Positions 12,897 to 25,825 of a DNA stretch of 64,000 nt are shown here, one piece after another. The stretch lies in the NCBI GenBank assembly GCA_030390025.1, contig JASTWF010000033.1, forward strand, positions 1,304,001 to 1,368,000, read 5' to 3'. The position numbers and the translations under genes are program-made. Each line of letters starts with the position of its first letter. Positions within the stretch are counted from its first letter, which is position 1. The stretch is from Squalus acanthias (taxonomy: Eukaryota). The notes beneath the pieces were generated by a model, which saw only the letters and a program-made list of their open reading frames with translations, was not told the DNA's origin and did not search any database.

Positions 12897-13955
12897 GAGA
12901 GAGTCCCATTGACTCAGATACACACTGGTCCTGGAGATGGACTGGGGAGAAAGATCAGAGAGAGTCCCATTGACTCCGATACACACTGGTCCTGGAGATT
13001 GTCTGGGGAGAAAGGTCAGAGAGAGTCCCATTGACTCAGATACACACCGGTCCTGGAGATAGACCGGGGAGAAAGGTCAGAGAGAGACCCATTGACTCAG
13101 ATACACACTGGTCCTGGAGATGGACTGGGGAGAAAGGGCAGAGAGAGTCCCATTGACTCAGATACACACTGGTCCTGGAGATGGACTGGGGAGAAAGATC
13201 AGAGAGAGTCCCATTGACTCCGATACACACTGGTCCTGGAGATTGTCTGGGGAGAAAGGTCAGAGAGAGTCCCATTGACTCAGATACACACTGGTCCTGG
13301 AGATGGACTGGGGAGAAAGGGCAGAGAGAGTCCCATTGACTCAGATACACACTGGTCCTGGAGATGGACTGGGGAGAAAGATCAGAGAGAGTCCCATTGA
13401 CTCCGATACACACTGGTGCTGGAGATTGTCTGGGGAGAAAGGTCAGAGAGAGTCCCATTGACTCAGATACACACTGGTCCTGGAGACAGTACACAAAGGT
13501 TACAAAGTGAGGCAGGTATTGGTGAGAATGAGAGTGGTAGTGTCTGACCACCGAGCACAATTATCTTGCATGAGGCCGTGCAATGGAATGTGAAGTGAGA
13601 TCAGTTTCTGTCTCTAAACACAGAGTCACAAATAAATCTTGTGTATGTTTTAAAGTAAAGGGGTATGTTTTAGAGTAAAGGGGTTTAATCTAAGAGGTGA
13701 CTCTGGGGTAGAGTCTGGAGCAGAGCCCAGCAGATGGACATGTGTCTGTTTGTTAGGTGGGGCTGAACTCACACCGACACCATCAGATCTCAGTGTTAAA
13801 ATAGCTCCGATCTGGTGACAAATCAAGGGGAAAGTTTGAACAGGGAAACTAATTAAAATCAATTCATTGAACACGATTCAGAGACCAACCTATAGCCTGC
13901 TGACCAGCAGATATGGAGTATTGTCAGATAGTGAATGCTGAGCACAGCGTTATTA

Positions 13956-15920
13956 CATAAGAAATAGGAACAGGAGTAGGCCACACAGCCCCTCGAGCCT
14001 GTTCCGCCATTCAATAAGATCATATCTGATCATCGACCTCAACTCCACTCTCCCGCCCGATCCCCATATCCCTGGATTCCCCTGGAGTCCAAATATCTAT
14101 CTATCTCAGCCTTGAATGTACTCAAAGACTCAGCATTCAGCCCTCTGGGGCAGAGAATTCCAAAGAGTCACAACCCTCTGAGTGAAGAAATTCCTCCTCA
14201 CCTCAGTCTTAAATGGCCTACCACTTATCCTGAGACTATGCCCCCTAGTTCTAGACACTCCAGCCAGGGGGATACAACCTCGCAGCATCTACCCTGTCAA
14301 TTCCCTTCAGAATCTTGTATGTTTCAATGAAATCCCCTCTCATTCTTCTGAACTCCAGAGAGTATAGGCCCATTCTACACAATCTCTCATAGGACTGCCC
14401 TCTCATCCCAGGAATCAATCTAGTGAACCTTCATTACACCGCCTCCAAGGCAAGTATCTCCTTCCTTAGATAAGGAGACCAAAACTGTGCACAGTACTCC
14501 AGGTGTGGTCTGACCAATGCCCTGTACAGTTGTAGCAAGACTTCTTTACTCTTATACTCCAAGCCCTTTGCAATTAAGGCCAACATACCATTGCCTTCGT
14601 TATGCTTGCTGTACCTGCATGCTAGCTTTCTGTGTTTCTCGCACGAGGACACACAAATCTCTCTGAACACCAACATTTGAAAGTTTCTCACCATTTAAAA
14701 AGTATTCTGTTTTTCTATTCTTCCTCACATTTCCCTACATTATACTGCATCTGCCACCTTACTGCCCATTCACTTCATCTGTCTATATCACTTTGCAGAC
14801 TCTGTGTACTCCTCACAGCTTACTGTACCACCTAGATTTGTATCATCAGCAAACTTGGATACATTACACTCGGTCCCTTCATCTAGGTCATTAATATAGA
14901 TTGTAAATAGCTGAGGCCCCAACACTGATCCTTGCGGCACCCCACTAGGTACAGCCTGCCAAACTGAAAAAGATCCGTTTATCCCTACTCTCTGTTTTCT
15001 ATCCGTTAACCAATCCTCTATCCATGCTACTATATTACCCCCAACCCTAAGAGCCCTAATCTTGTGTAATAACATTTTATGTGGCACCTTATTGATTGCC
15101 TTTTGGAAATCCAATATACTACATCCACTGGTTCCCCTTTATCTACCCTGCTAGTTACATCCTCAAAAACTCCAATTAATTTGTCAAACACGATTTCCCT
15201 TTCATAAAACCATGTTGACTCTGCCTAATCATGTTATGATTTTTAAGTGCCCTGATGCAACTTCCTTAACAATGGATTCCAGCATTTTCCCAATGACTGA
15301 TGTCAGGCTAACTGGCCTGTAGTTTCCTGTTTTCTCTCTCCCTCCTTTCTTGAATAGCGGTTTTACATTTGCGACCTTCCAATCCACTGGGACTGTTCTA
15401 GAATCTAGGGAATTTTGGAAGATTGAAACCAATGTATCCACTATCTCTTCAGCCACCTCTTTTAGAACCCTGGGATGTATGTCATTCGGTCCAGGGGATT
15501 TGTCGGCTTTTAGTCCCATTAGTTTCTCTAGTACTTTTCTCTACTTATATTAATTACGTTAAGTTCCTCACCATTTTTGGTATGCTTTTTGTGTCTTCTA
15601 CTGTGAAGACAGATACAAAGTATTTGTTTAACGTTTCTGCCATTTCCTTATTCCCCATAATAATTTCTCCTGTCTCAGCCTCTAAGAGACCAATGTTTAC
15701 TTTTACTACTCTCTTCCTTTTTACATACTTGTAGAGGCTCTTACAATCTGCTTTTATATTTCTTGCTGGTTTTCTCTCATTCTATTTTTTCCCTTATCAA
15801 TTTTTTGGTCAACCTTTGCTGGTTTTTGAATCTCTCCCAATCCTCAGGCTTACTATTATTCTTTGCAACATTATAAGCTTCTTCTTTCAATCTAATGCTA
15901 TCCTTAACTTCTTTAGTTAG
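13956..15920 (-). mobile_element. Degenerate CR1 LINE ORF2 fragment
   Basis: Broken minus-strand ORFs with [48 protein letters not shown] tail. Confidence 0.9.
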
Positions 15921-16155
15921 GGCGGGGGCCTGGGCCAGTGTGGGTGGGTGCGGAGTGCTGGGCCGGAGGGGGCGGGTATCTGGGCCAGTTGGCGGGGAGG
16001 GGGCTGAGCCAGTTTGGGGGAGGGGTGGGGGGGGCTGTACCAGTGGGGGGACGGAGGAACAACATCACTTGAATTGTACAGGATTGGTCAGAAGGTAAGT
16101 TCCATGTTGCTGAGCCTCACTGCAAATAAAATATGCATTGAATGAGATGTTTGAA

Positions 16156-17622
16156 AGAAACATAGAAGATAGGAGCAGGAGTAGGCCATTCGGCCCCTCT
16201 AGCCTGCTCCACCATTTAATGAGATCATGGCGGATCATCCAAATTCAGTACCCTGTCCCTGCTTTCTCCCCATATCCCTTGATCCCTTTAGCCTTAAGAA
16301 ATATATCTAACTCCTTCTTGAATATATTTAATGAATTGGACTGAACTGCCTTCTGTGGTAGAGAATTCCACAGGTTCACCCCTCTCTGGGTGAAGAAATT
16401 CCTCCTCCTCTCAGTCCTAAATGGCTTACCCCTTATCCTTAGACTGTGACCCCTGGTTCTGGACACCTCCGCCATCGGGAACATCCTTCCTGCATCTAGT
16501 CTGTCCAGTCCTGTTAGAATTTTATAAGTTTCAATGAGATCCCCTCTCATTCTTCTAAACTCTAGCGAATATAAGCCCAATCGACCCAATCTCTCTTCAT
16601 ACGTCATTCCTGCCATCCCAGGTATCAGTCTGGTGAATCTTCGCTGCACTCCCTCCATGGCAAGAACATCCTTCCTCAGATAAGGCGACCAAAACTGCAC
16701 ACAATACTCAAGGTGTGGTCTCACCAAGGCCCTGTACAACTGCAGCAAGACATCCTTGCTCCTGTACTCGAATCCTCTCGCTATCAAGGCCAACATACCA
16801 TTTGCCTTCTTAACCGCCTGCTGCACCTGCATGTTTACCTTCAACGACTGGTGCACAAGGACTCCCAGGACTCGTTGCACTTCCCCTTTTCCCAATCTAT
16901 TTCCATTCAGATAATTATCTGCCTTCCTGTTTTTGACACCAAAGTGGATAACCTCGCATTTATCCACATTATACTGCATCTGCCATGCTTCTGCACAGTC
17001 ACCCAACCTGTCCAAATCATACTGGAGTTTCTCTGCATCCTCCTCACAACACACACGCCAACCCTGCTTTGTGTCTTCTGCAAACTTGGAGATATTTCAT
17101 CTAGTTCCCTCGTCTAGATCATTAATATATATTGTGAATAGCTGGGGTCCTAGCACCGATCCCTGCGGTACCCCACTAGTCACTGCCTGCCACTCGGAAA
17201 AAGACCCGTTTATTCCAACTCTTTGCTTCCTGTCTGCCAACCAGTTCTCTATCCAAGTCAATACCTTGCCCCCAATCCCATGTGCTTTAACTTTGCACGC
17301 TAATCTCTTATGCGGGACCTTATTGAAAGCCTTCTGAAAGTCGAAATACACTACATCCACTGGTTCTCCCTTATCTATTCTACCAGTTACATCCTCAAAA
17401 AATTCCAGTGGATTAGTCAAGCACGATTTACCTTTTGTAAATCCATGTTGTCTTTGTCCGATCCTGTCACTGTTTTCCAAGTGATCTGCTATTACATCTT
17501 TTATAATGGACTCTAGCATTTTCCCCACTACCGATGTCAGGCTTACCGGTCTATAATTCCCGGTTTTCTCTCTACCACCGTTTTTAAATAGTGGGGTTAC
17601 AATACCCTCCAATCCATGGGAA
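16156..17622 (-). mobile_element. CR1 LINE ORF2 fragment (RT and 3' end)
   Basis: ORFs 17097-17612 and 16245-17054 carry CR1 RT motifs; AGAACATAGAA tail. Confidence 0.92.
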
Positions 17623-17819
17623 CGCCGGAGAACCCATCCTCCTGGAATGAATTGAGCGAGTTTGTCGCACTCCCCTCACTTCAGAAAAAAATGAGGTCAT
17701 TCACGTTGACCTAAAAAGGATAAATCAGAGAATTTTCTTAATTGTTCGAAGTTAGGAACAATGGCTGAGCAGAGAGAACTCGGGGTCCAAGTACAGAAAT
17801 CACTAGAAGCTCGTTGATA

Positions 17820-18010
17820 CCAAAAATAAGTAAAAGGCTAATGGAATGTTGGGCTTTATCTCGAGGGCTGGAATACAAAGGGGAAGAAGTTCTGTTCCAG
17901 CTGTACAGAGCTCTGGTTAGACCCATTTAGAGAACCGCACCTCGGCAACAATATCTTGGCTTTGGAGATGGTGCAGCTCAGATTCACCAGAACGTTACCG
18001 GGACTAAAAG
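17820..18010 (+). mobile_element. Old CR1 RT remnant
   Basis: AAAAGGCTAATGGAATGTTGGGCTTTATC...CAGCTGTACAGAGCTCTGGTTAGACCC resembles the KANGMLAFI...LQLYRALVRP segment of the other CR1 copies. Confidence 0.6.
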
Positions 18011-18321
18011 CTGGAGCAGGAGGGAAGTGTTCACGTTCTTGGGGCACTAGAGAGCGTTCAGTTGGAAGGGAAGTGACGGCTGCGACCTGTACCGACCAAC
18101 AATAATGGTTTTACAGAAAAGATGAATGGAGCAGTGTTGAGGGTATCAGGAGATGTGACTGGAGATTGGGAAATATCCGAATCGGAGACGAGAGAGCGGA
18201 ATTAATAAAAATGCTGGAGTTGAAACAGGAGATTTAAGAAATCGTGAAAAGTAATTGGCAAGAAAAAGGAAGGAGGATTTGAAGTAGTGAGAGATAAAGT
18301 TGTGTTTTTAAAAAGAAGAAA

Positions 18322-19793
18322 CGGAATTGAAACCTCGGTATTTCCGCCCCTCGGGTGGTATACTCATACATGCGACCCAGCCAATGCAACGGCTTAGCAT
18401 CGATTTTAAGGGGCCGTTGCCCTCTTCAACTCGCAACACTTATCTATTGACCATGGTCGATGAGTATTCCCGTTTTCCGTTTGCCTTTCCCTGCACCAAT
18501 ATGCTGACGACCACGGTTATCAGCTGCCTTGAGCAGGTATTTGCTTTCTGTGGCATGGCATCCTATGTTCATTCGGATCGGGGCCCTTCTTTTATGTCAG
18601 GAGAACTCAAGGCCTATCTCTCGGAACGGGGTATTGCTGCCAGCAAAACAACGCCTTATCATCCGGTCGGGAATGGGCAAGTCGAGCGTTTTAACGCTAT
18701 CATCTGGAATGCAGTACGTCTGGCTTTGAGATCTCGGGGCCTACCCAACCAGCAATGGGAAGCAGTACTTCCAGACGCATTACACTCCACACGGTCCCTC
18801 CTTTCGACAGCCACAAATACGACGCCTCATGAACGGTTCTTCCGATTTCAGCGTCGCTCATCCTATGGGATATCTCTCCCGTCGTGGCTGACTGCACCGG
18901 GACCAGTGCTACTCCGAAGATATGTCCGGGCGTCTAAGAATGACCCCCTGGTAGATGAGGTTGAGCTCACTGACGTCAACCCTACCTACGCCTATATTCG
19001 GTATCCTGACGGTCGGGAATCTACCGTGTCATTGCGGGATCTGGCTCCCTGCCCGCCGAAACATAGAGGGACACCAGGGGATGATATTGTACCAGGCACA
19101 TCTCTGGGCTCGCCAGGTGCCTCTCATCACGATCTGGATCTGACGCCAGCTGGTACCTCACTCCAGCGTGCCGACCTGGGGCAGACTGACTATGAGCCCG
19201 TCGGGGCTCGCACGCTCAGCCACGATCCACCCTGTACCGTACGCTCGGAAACGGATCTGCCACAGCCCTGCCCGACACCCGTTCGGGCACCAGTACACAG
19301 TCAGGATCGTCCTGACCCCTCACAGAGCGGGCTGGATCACTCGGACTCTGGTCCACGGCCCGCGGCGGGTAAACGGGCTAGGGCCCCTCTACCGCTACGA
19401 GAACCCAAACGGGTGCGGCTCTCCCTCGTCCAGCGGCTACGAAATGGAGGGAGAATGTGGTAACACAATACAGCTTCCTGTGACTCGAACTTCATCCCGG
19501 CCTCCTAATCTTTTGGTGGGGGGAGAATGTGGTAACACAATACAGCTTCCTGTGACTCGAACTTCATCCCGGCCTCCTAATCTTTTGGGGGGGGGAGAAT
19601 GTGGTAACACAATACAGCTTCCTGTGACTCGAACTTTATTGCATCACTTCCTGTGATTAGTCCAGGATAAATACTGGACTGATCAGTTGGATCCTGGAGA
19701 GGCATAGAGGAAGACCTCTTTTGTATGTAGCACCTTTTTAGTTGATTAAAGCTTACTTTACGTTCACCACGCGTAAGGCTCATTCTTACGACA
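18322..19793 (+). mobile_element. 5'-truncated Ty3/Gypsy-type LTR retrotransposon: integrase core, polypurine tract and 3' LTR
   Basis: Open 378-aa ORF with DDE motifs (SIDFKGPLP, HSDRG, GQVERFN). Purine tract GGGGGGAGAA precedes LTR 19600-19793 (TGTGGTAA...TTACGACA, with ATTAAA). Confidence 0.9.
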
Positions 19794-20017
19794 GGGGACA
19801 AGTCAACATTTCAAACGTTGGAGCTAGTATTGAGTGTTGTGTATGTGAAATCATTCCAAACATTCAGAAGCATGAGAGATGTGATCTAGTATCTATAAGA
19901 CAGGGCCTTGGTTTTCACAGGACTCACAGGGAGATGTTTCTGGTGATAACATTTTGAAGGAAGAGCAAAACATTTGTGGACGCCAGTGTTAATAAAACAT
20001 TCTATGACAGCGTAGAA

Positions 20018-20195
20018 CAACAACAAGAACAAACTGGCGTTTGTATAGCGCCTGTAATGTTGGAAAACGTCTCAAGGTGCTTCACAGGAGTGTTACCAAT
20101 CAGAATTTGACACCGAGTCACATGAGATATTAGGACAAGTAAAGTTTAAGGAAGGTCTGAAAGGAGGAGAGCGAGAGAGAGGCGGAGGGGTTTAG
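20018..20195 (-). mobile_element. Probable L2-type LINE/SINE 3' fragment
   Basis: AACAACAA...GTATAGCGCC...AAGGTGCTTCACAGG resembles fish/shark L2 tails; recognised from memory, not searched. Confidence 0.45.
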
Positions 20196-20399
20196 AACAT
20201 ACGGGTGTTCCAGGGAGCAATGCTAAGATTGAATCCATATGTACACAGTTCAGCAATAGGAAGGGGAATAGCACAATTCTCAGTGGGTTTTACAGGTCAG
20301 CGAGCAGTGGAGGTGAGATAGAGGTGGGACTGGGGGAACTAGTTGTGGAGGATGCAATTTTGGGGAGATACAAAATATTTCCTTTACTTTCTAAAAATG

Positions 20400-21870
20400 A
20401 TGGTTGAAGTGAGAATGTTGATGTACTAGAGGAGGATGTGGATCCACAGTTAGAGATCACTGTAGAGAAGGATTTGGATCTGAGTAAAATAGCCGAGGTG
20501 GAGAAGTCACTGGGCTCAGAAATAATGTACCCCAGACTATTAGAGGAAGTCAGAGAGGAGATAGGAGGGACTGGCCACAGCATTTCAACCCACGTTTAAT
20601 ATCAAAAATATACAGGTGGACTGAAGGAGCCCAAGTGATGATTCTGTTCTAATGTGGAGAGAGAATCAACCTGGTATCCAGAGACCATTGTGTTGAAACT
20701 CCTCGAATCTGTTAATCCAGGTCGAATTAGTGAGCATTTAGCGATAAAGAGGATGATGAGGGGAGGCTGTAACGGATTAGCTGTAGAAAAGTCGTATATG
20801 ACAATTTTACGATCAATGACGGACAGGTAAAGTCCCTTTGGTCCATCCAGACTTTCCCAGACAATTGCGATACTTTGTCATACTTTGTTCAAGCTGTCCC
20901 AAAAAAAACCATGTGATCTCCTGGGTGAGGTGAAAAAAACCAGGTAAAAACACAGGCCAATGTGTGGGATTAAAATACGGGAAATTCTTCTCCGACCCAT
21001 CTAGGCGATTGAAACTAGTCCAGCAGATCAATCTTACACTGAATTCCCGGAAGTGTCTTCCTGTTGTAAGAGGTGATGTCCGCACCAAACAGGAACAGGT
21101 CCAGCTCTCGCCTGAAGGAATTCTAACTTAAATCTGGCCTTGCACAACTTAAAATGGTGACCCCTGGCCCTCCGTAAGCTATGTAATTGGAACAAACTGT
21201 CAAATGGAACACAATCGATTCCCTTCATCATCTTATAAACCTCAATCAGATCACCGCTAAGTCTTTGCTTCTCTAAAGTGTAGAGTCCAAACTCTTGGCC
21301 TATCTTGATAACTAAGTTGCTTTATACTGGGAATTAGTCTAATGTCCCTCCTCTGCAACAGTTTCAAAGCCTCAATATCACCCACCTTATGTGGGGACCA
21401 TAACTGGACACAGTATTCCAAGTGAGGCCTTTACCAAGGTCTTGTACGAGGACAGAATAGGTCGTCTTATACCCAACTGTCCTATGAATGCAGCCCAATA
21501 TCCCCTTTGTTCTAGCTATCGCTTCACGGCATTGCTCCTGTACCTTTAGAGATGTATCCACTAGAATGCCCCAACCTTCCTTTCTCCCCTTTATTTAATG
21601 CCATGAAGGGTGTATGAATGTTGAGCATTCGCACTGCCCACAGGCATAACACGGCACTTCTCCAAGCTAAACATCATTTGCCAGTCATGTGCCCAATCTC
21701 CCAACACATTAAGATGCAGTTTTGTTGAGATGTGACTATACAGGTTGATGGAATGTTGCCCATGCGGTGTATGTGGGTTATCAGAAGGTGTTTGATAATG
21801 TGGCTCAAAGGAGGCTTCAGCCGTTTGGTATAGGATGAAATGTAGCCGCCTGGGTAGAAAGTGGATAATG
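20400..21870. mobile_element. Mosaic of highly decayed CR1-like LINE fragments on both strands
   Basis: Minus-strand pieces translate to ILGCIHR and RARGHHFKL; plus-strand pieces resemble the SPGPD-YPRLL and QKVFD segments. Confidence 0.55.
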
Positions 21871-21899
21871 TGTTTAGTTTTCTCTATTTGTGTTCACAG

Positions 21900-22066
21900 A
21901 TCTGAATTCTACAATCACTGAGTTCTTGACAAAGTGCGACGATTACCAGCTGTTCAAGTTCACGAAATTCTACCGGGACAGACTGGAACAGGCGATTGAA
22001 GGAGGGGTGGACGGACTTAACTCGTTGTTAACATACGAGAGGCATTTCAGTGAACAAGAACATCGG
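21900..22066 (+). CDS. NLR gene exon A, first half of death-fold (CARD-like) N-terminal domain: DLNSTITEFLTKCDDYQLFKFTKFYRDRLEQAIE...
   Basis: Pyrimidine tract plus CACAG acceptor, CGG|GTAAGT donor, open frame, phase 1 to phase 0, joins exon B in frame. Confidence 0.85.
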
Positions 22067-22817
22067 GTAAGTGGGAGGGACAAAGAATGAGTTTGGATTA
22101 TCCAAACATCACAGAACTGACAGGAAATCAGATCTTAGAATCATAGAATGTTACCGAAGAGAAACAGGCCAAATAGGAAATAAATAGATAAAACTGAAAT
22201 ATTGTGAATCTGAAACAATGATAGGAAGAGGTGAAAATACCCACCGGATCCGACAGTATCTGTACTAAGGACAGGGGAACGGTTCGGGTATCAGTCTTGT
22301 GTGGATTGAAAAGAAAGGGAAACAGCTTTAGTGGGACTGGGAAAAGGAGAGACCAGAGGCAACAGACAGAGTTAGAGGGAAAGTTGACTGAACGGAGAAT
22401 TACTTAAAGTAAATTAAGGAACTGAGAGACAAGAAAAATCATCTGCGGAATAAATTAGAGGCATTTCAAGAACAAAAACAAAAACGTAAAATGGCTAAAA
22501 TGTATGAGACTCGAACAGGAAAACTAACCTCAAAACAATGAGGATTGAAAACCCGACGCTGGGCAGGTTTTTCCTCCCCCTGCATCACCGGGGGTCAATT
22601 CCAACTTCGGCAGAGACTCAATCCGGGCGGTAGAACCTGTGGTGGAGCGTCACTCCCCGGGACAGCACTTCAGGAAATTACAGCAAGCAGCCTGCACTAT
22701 TCTGTCAGTGACCTTTAATGGAACAGAACTAAATGGAAATGATAATCGGGCGGGGTGTGTAATGGACGGTCGACCAGCTACCAACTTTCCAAGTTGATTA
22801 TCTAGGAAACTTACTCT

Positions 22818-24315
22818 CATCCCAACCTCCTGCTCACTACCCATTACTGTTAATATCCCACCTAGTCTAATCCCAACCTCCTGCTCACTGCCCATTACTG
22901 TTAATATCCCACCTAGTCTAATCCCAACCTCCTGCTCACTGCCCATTACCGTTAATATCCCACCTAGTCTAATCCCAACCTCCTGCTCACTGCCCATTAC
23001 CGTTAATATCCCACCTAGTCTAATCCCAACCTCCTGCTCACTGCCCATTACCGTTAATATCCCACCTAGTCTAATCCCAACCTGCTGCTCACCACCCGTT
23101 ACCATTAATATCCCACCTAGACTAATTCCAAACTCCTGCTCACTACCCATTACCGTTAATATCCCACCCAGTCTAATCCCAACCTCCTGCTCACTGTCCA
23201 TTACTGTTAATATCTCACCTAGTCGAATCCCAACCTCCTGCTTACTGCCCATTACTGTTAATATCCCACCTAGTCTAATCCCAACCTCTGCTCACTGCCC
23301 ATTACCGTTAATATCCCACCTAGTCTAATCCCAACATCCTGCTCACTACCCATTAATGTTAATATCTCACCTAGTCTAATCCCAACCTCCTGCTCACTGC
23401 CCATTACCGTTAATATCCCACCTCGTCTAATCCCAACCTGCTGCTCAATGCCCATTACCGTTAATATCCCACCTAGTCTAATCCCAACCTCCTGCTCACT
23501 ACCCATTACCGTTAATATCCCACCTAGTCTAATCCCAACCTCCTGCTCACTACCCATTACCGTTAATATCCCACCTAGTCTAATTCCAACCTCCTGCTCA
23601 CTGCCCATTACCGTTAATATCCCACCTAGTCTAATCCCAACCTCCTGCTCACTGCCCATTACCGTTAATATCCCACCTAGTCTAATCCCAACCTCCTGCT
23701 CACTACCCATTACCGTTAATATCCCACCTAGTCTAATCCCAACCTCCTGCTCACTACCCATTACCGTTAATATCCCACCTAGTCTAATCCCAACCTCCTG
23801 CTCACTACCCATTACCGTTAATATCCCACCTAGTCTAATCCCAACCTCCTGCTCACTACCCATTACCGTTAATATCCCACCTAGTCTAATCCCAACCTCC
23901 TGCTCACTACCCATTACCGTTAATATCCCACCTAGTCTAATCCCAACCTCCTGCTCACTGCCCATTACTGTTAATATCCCACCTAGTCTAATCCCAACCT
24001 CCTGCTCACTGCCCATTACCGTTAATATCCCACCTAGTCTAATCCCAACCTCCTGCTCACTACCCATTACCGTTAATATCCCACCTAGTCTAATCCCAAC
24101 CTCCTGCTCACTGCCCAGTACCGTTAATATCCCACCTAGTCTAATTCCCAACCTCCTGCTCACTGCCCATTACCGTTAATATCCCACCTAGTCTAATCCC
24201 AACCTCCTGCTCACTACCCATTACCGTTAATATCCCACCTAGTCTAATTCCAACCTCCTGTTCACTACCCATTACCGTTAATATCCCACCGAGTCTAATC
24301 CCAACCTCCTGCTGA
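22818..24315. repeat. 51-bp minisatellite (CCTAGTCTAATCCCAACCTCCTGCTCACTRCCCATTACCGTTAATATCCCA), about 29 copies
   Basis: Highly homogeneous tandem units inside NLR intron A-B. Confidence 0.97.
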
Positions 24316-25440
24316 CCGCATTATGCTTAGTATCACAATTAGTCCAGGTGCAATCTTCTCTTCACTCCCCATACTCCAGCATTCCTTTCTATCCACGCAG
24401 CAATAGAAATAGATTTTATCAAAAAAATGTCGACTTGCTTCCACAATAGTCTGTGGGATTGAATTCTGCTTTCTAACCACCTCGTGTGTAAATCAATTTA
24501 TCAACGTTCACCCCAATTCTTCGAATTAGCCTAAATATGTGCCCTCTGGGCAATCTGTGGAAACTATCAGTAACTATTTATTTGATCATAACTCTTCAGA
24601 ATCTGAAGACTTGCAGCAAATCCTACTTAATCTGCTCACCTCTAGTGGAATGAGCCCAGTGTTCTCAAATCGCAGTCTCTAACAGTAACTCCACATCCCT
24701 GCTAACATCCCAGTGCAATTGCACGCCTGTTTTTCCATTGCTTTTACATTGTATAAATGGAGTCTCTAAACTTGCACACAACTGGGTAAATTACCAGCCC
24801 CTGAGCTCTTGGTGTGGAACGTCACTCCCCAGGGGGGAACATGAGGAAATTGAGATTATTCAGTCTGTCATTTGCCGTCCGCTCACTTTAATGGTTTGGT
24901 TTCTGCACCAATCTGTTCACGGAGTGAGTGACTGGGGGATGAAATTGTGGTAGTTTCATATTTTCGCAATAAGCCAGATTTTCCGGTAGAAATAACGGTG
25001 GGGCTGACAGCGCTCACTGTTATTAAAGTGTAAATTGGACAGTAACTTCCAGCGACCGCACATGCGGAGTTAAACACGAAAATCGGGAAGTTGCTGTCCG
25101 AGTTGCCCTGATGCGCCAAAAGCTGCGCGAGAATGGAATCTCGCCGAGAGACTCGCCATTGAAATGAATGGAACGGCGTAAAATTACTGTACTTACCTGA
25201 TAGATACACAGGAAACTCGCCAGGAAAAGTCAGGGCTTGCCTATTCCAGTGTAATTATTTGTTTAACGCCGTGATCAGTCTTAACTAATGCCAGACAACC
25301 TCTCTGGCACAGAAAATTAACTTTACAAGTGTGGAGTCTCATTCCTTCCGAATTTAATTATTGTTGATGCTGTACGAACAAAAATTCAATAATGTTGGTA
25401 CCTTTTTATTTCTCTCTGTTTTTTCACTCCCTCTGAATAT

Positions 25441-25825
25441 AAGAACATAAGAAATATTCGCAGGAGTAGGCTATTTGAACCTTCGAGACTGCTCCGCTAT
25501 TCAGTAAGATCATGGCTGATCTTCAACCTCATCTTCACTTTCCTGCACTATCCCCATATCCCTTGAATCCCTTAATATACAAAAATCTATCAATCTCTGT
25601 CTTCAATATACTCAACGACTGAGCCTGCACAGCACTCTGGGGTAGAGAATTCCAAAGATTCACCACCCACTGAGTGAAGAAATTTCTCCTCATCTCAGTC
25701 CTAAATGGCAGACCCCTTATCCTAAGACTGTGACCCCTGGTTCTAGACTCTCCAGCCAGGGAAACATCCTCCCTGCATCAACCCTGTCAAGCCCTGTAAG
25801 AATTTGGTATGTTTTAATGAGATCC
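25441..25825 (-). mobile_element. CR1 3' fragment
   Basis: AAGAACATAAGAAAT tail and 3' region collinear with the other CR1 copies. Confidence 0.85.

Larger units (their letters stand above)
9150..13486. repeat. 59/61-bp minisatellite (GAGAGAGTCCCATTGACTCAGATACACACTGGTCCTGGAGATGGACTGGGGAGAAAGGTCA), about 28 units, split by two CR1 copies
   Basis: Tandem units at about 9150-9897, 11214-11578 and 12897-13486. Confidence 0.95.

Noticed and set aside
22650..24179. ORFs with 17-aa repeats (GILTVMGSEQEVGIRLG)
   Set aside because: The 51-bp unit is a multiple of 3 and open on both strands; intronic minisatellite with no splice support.
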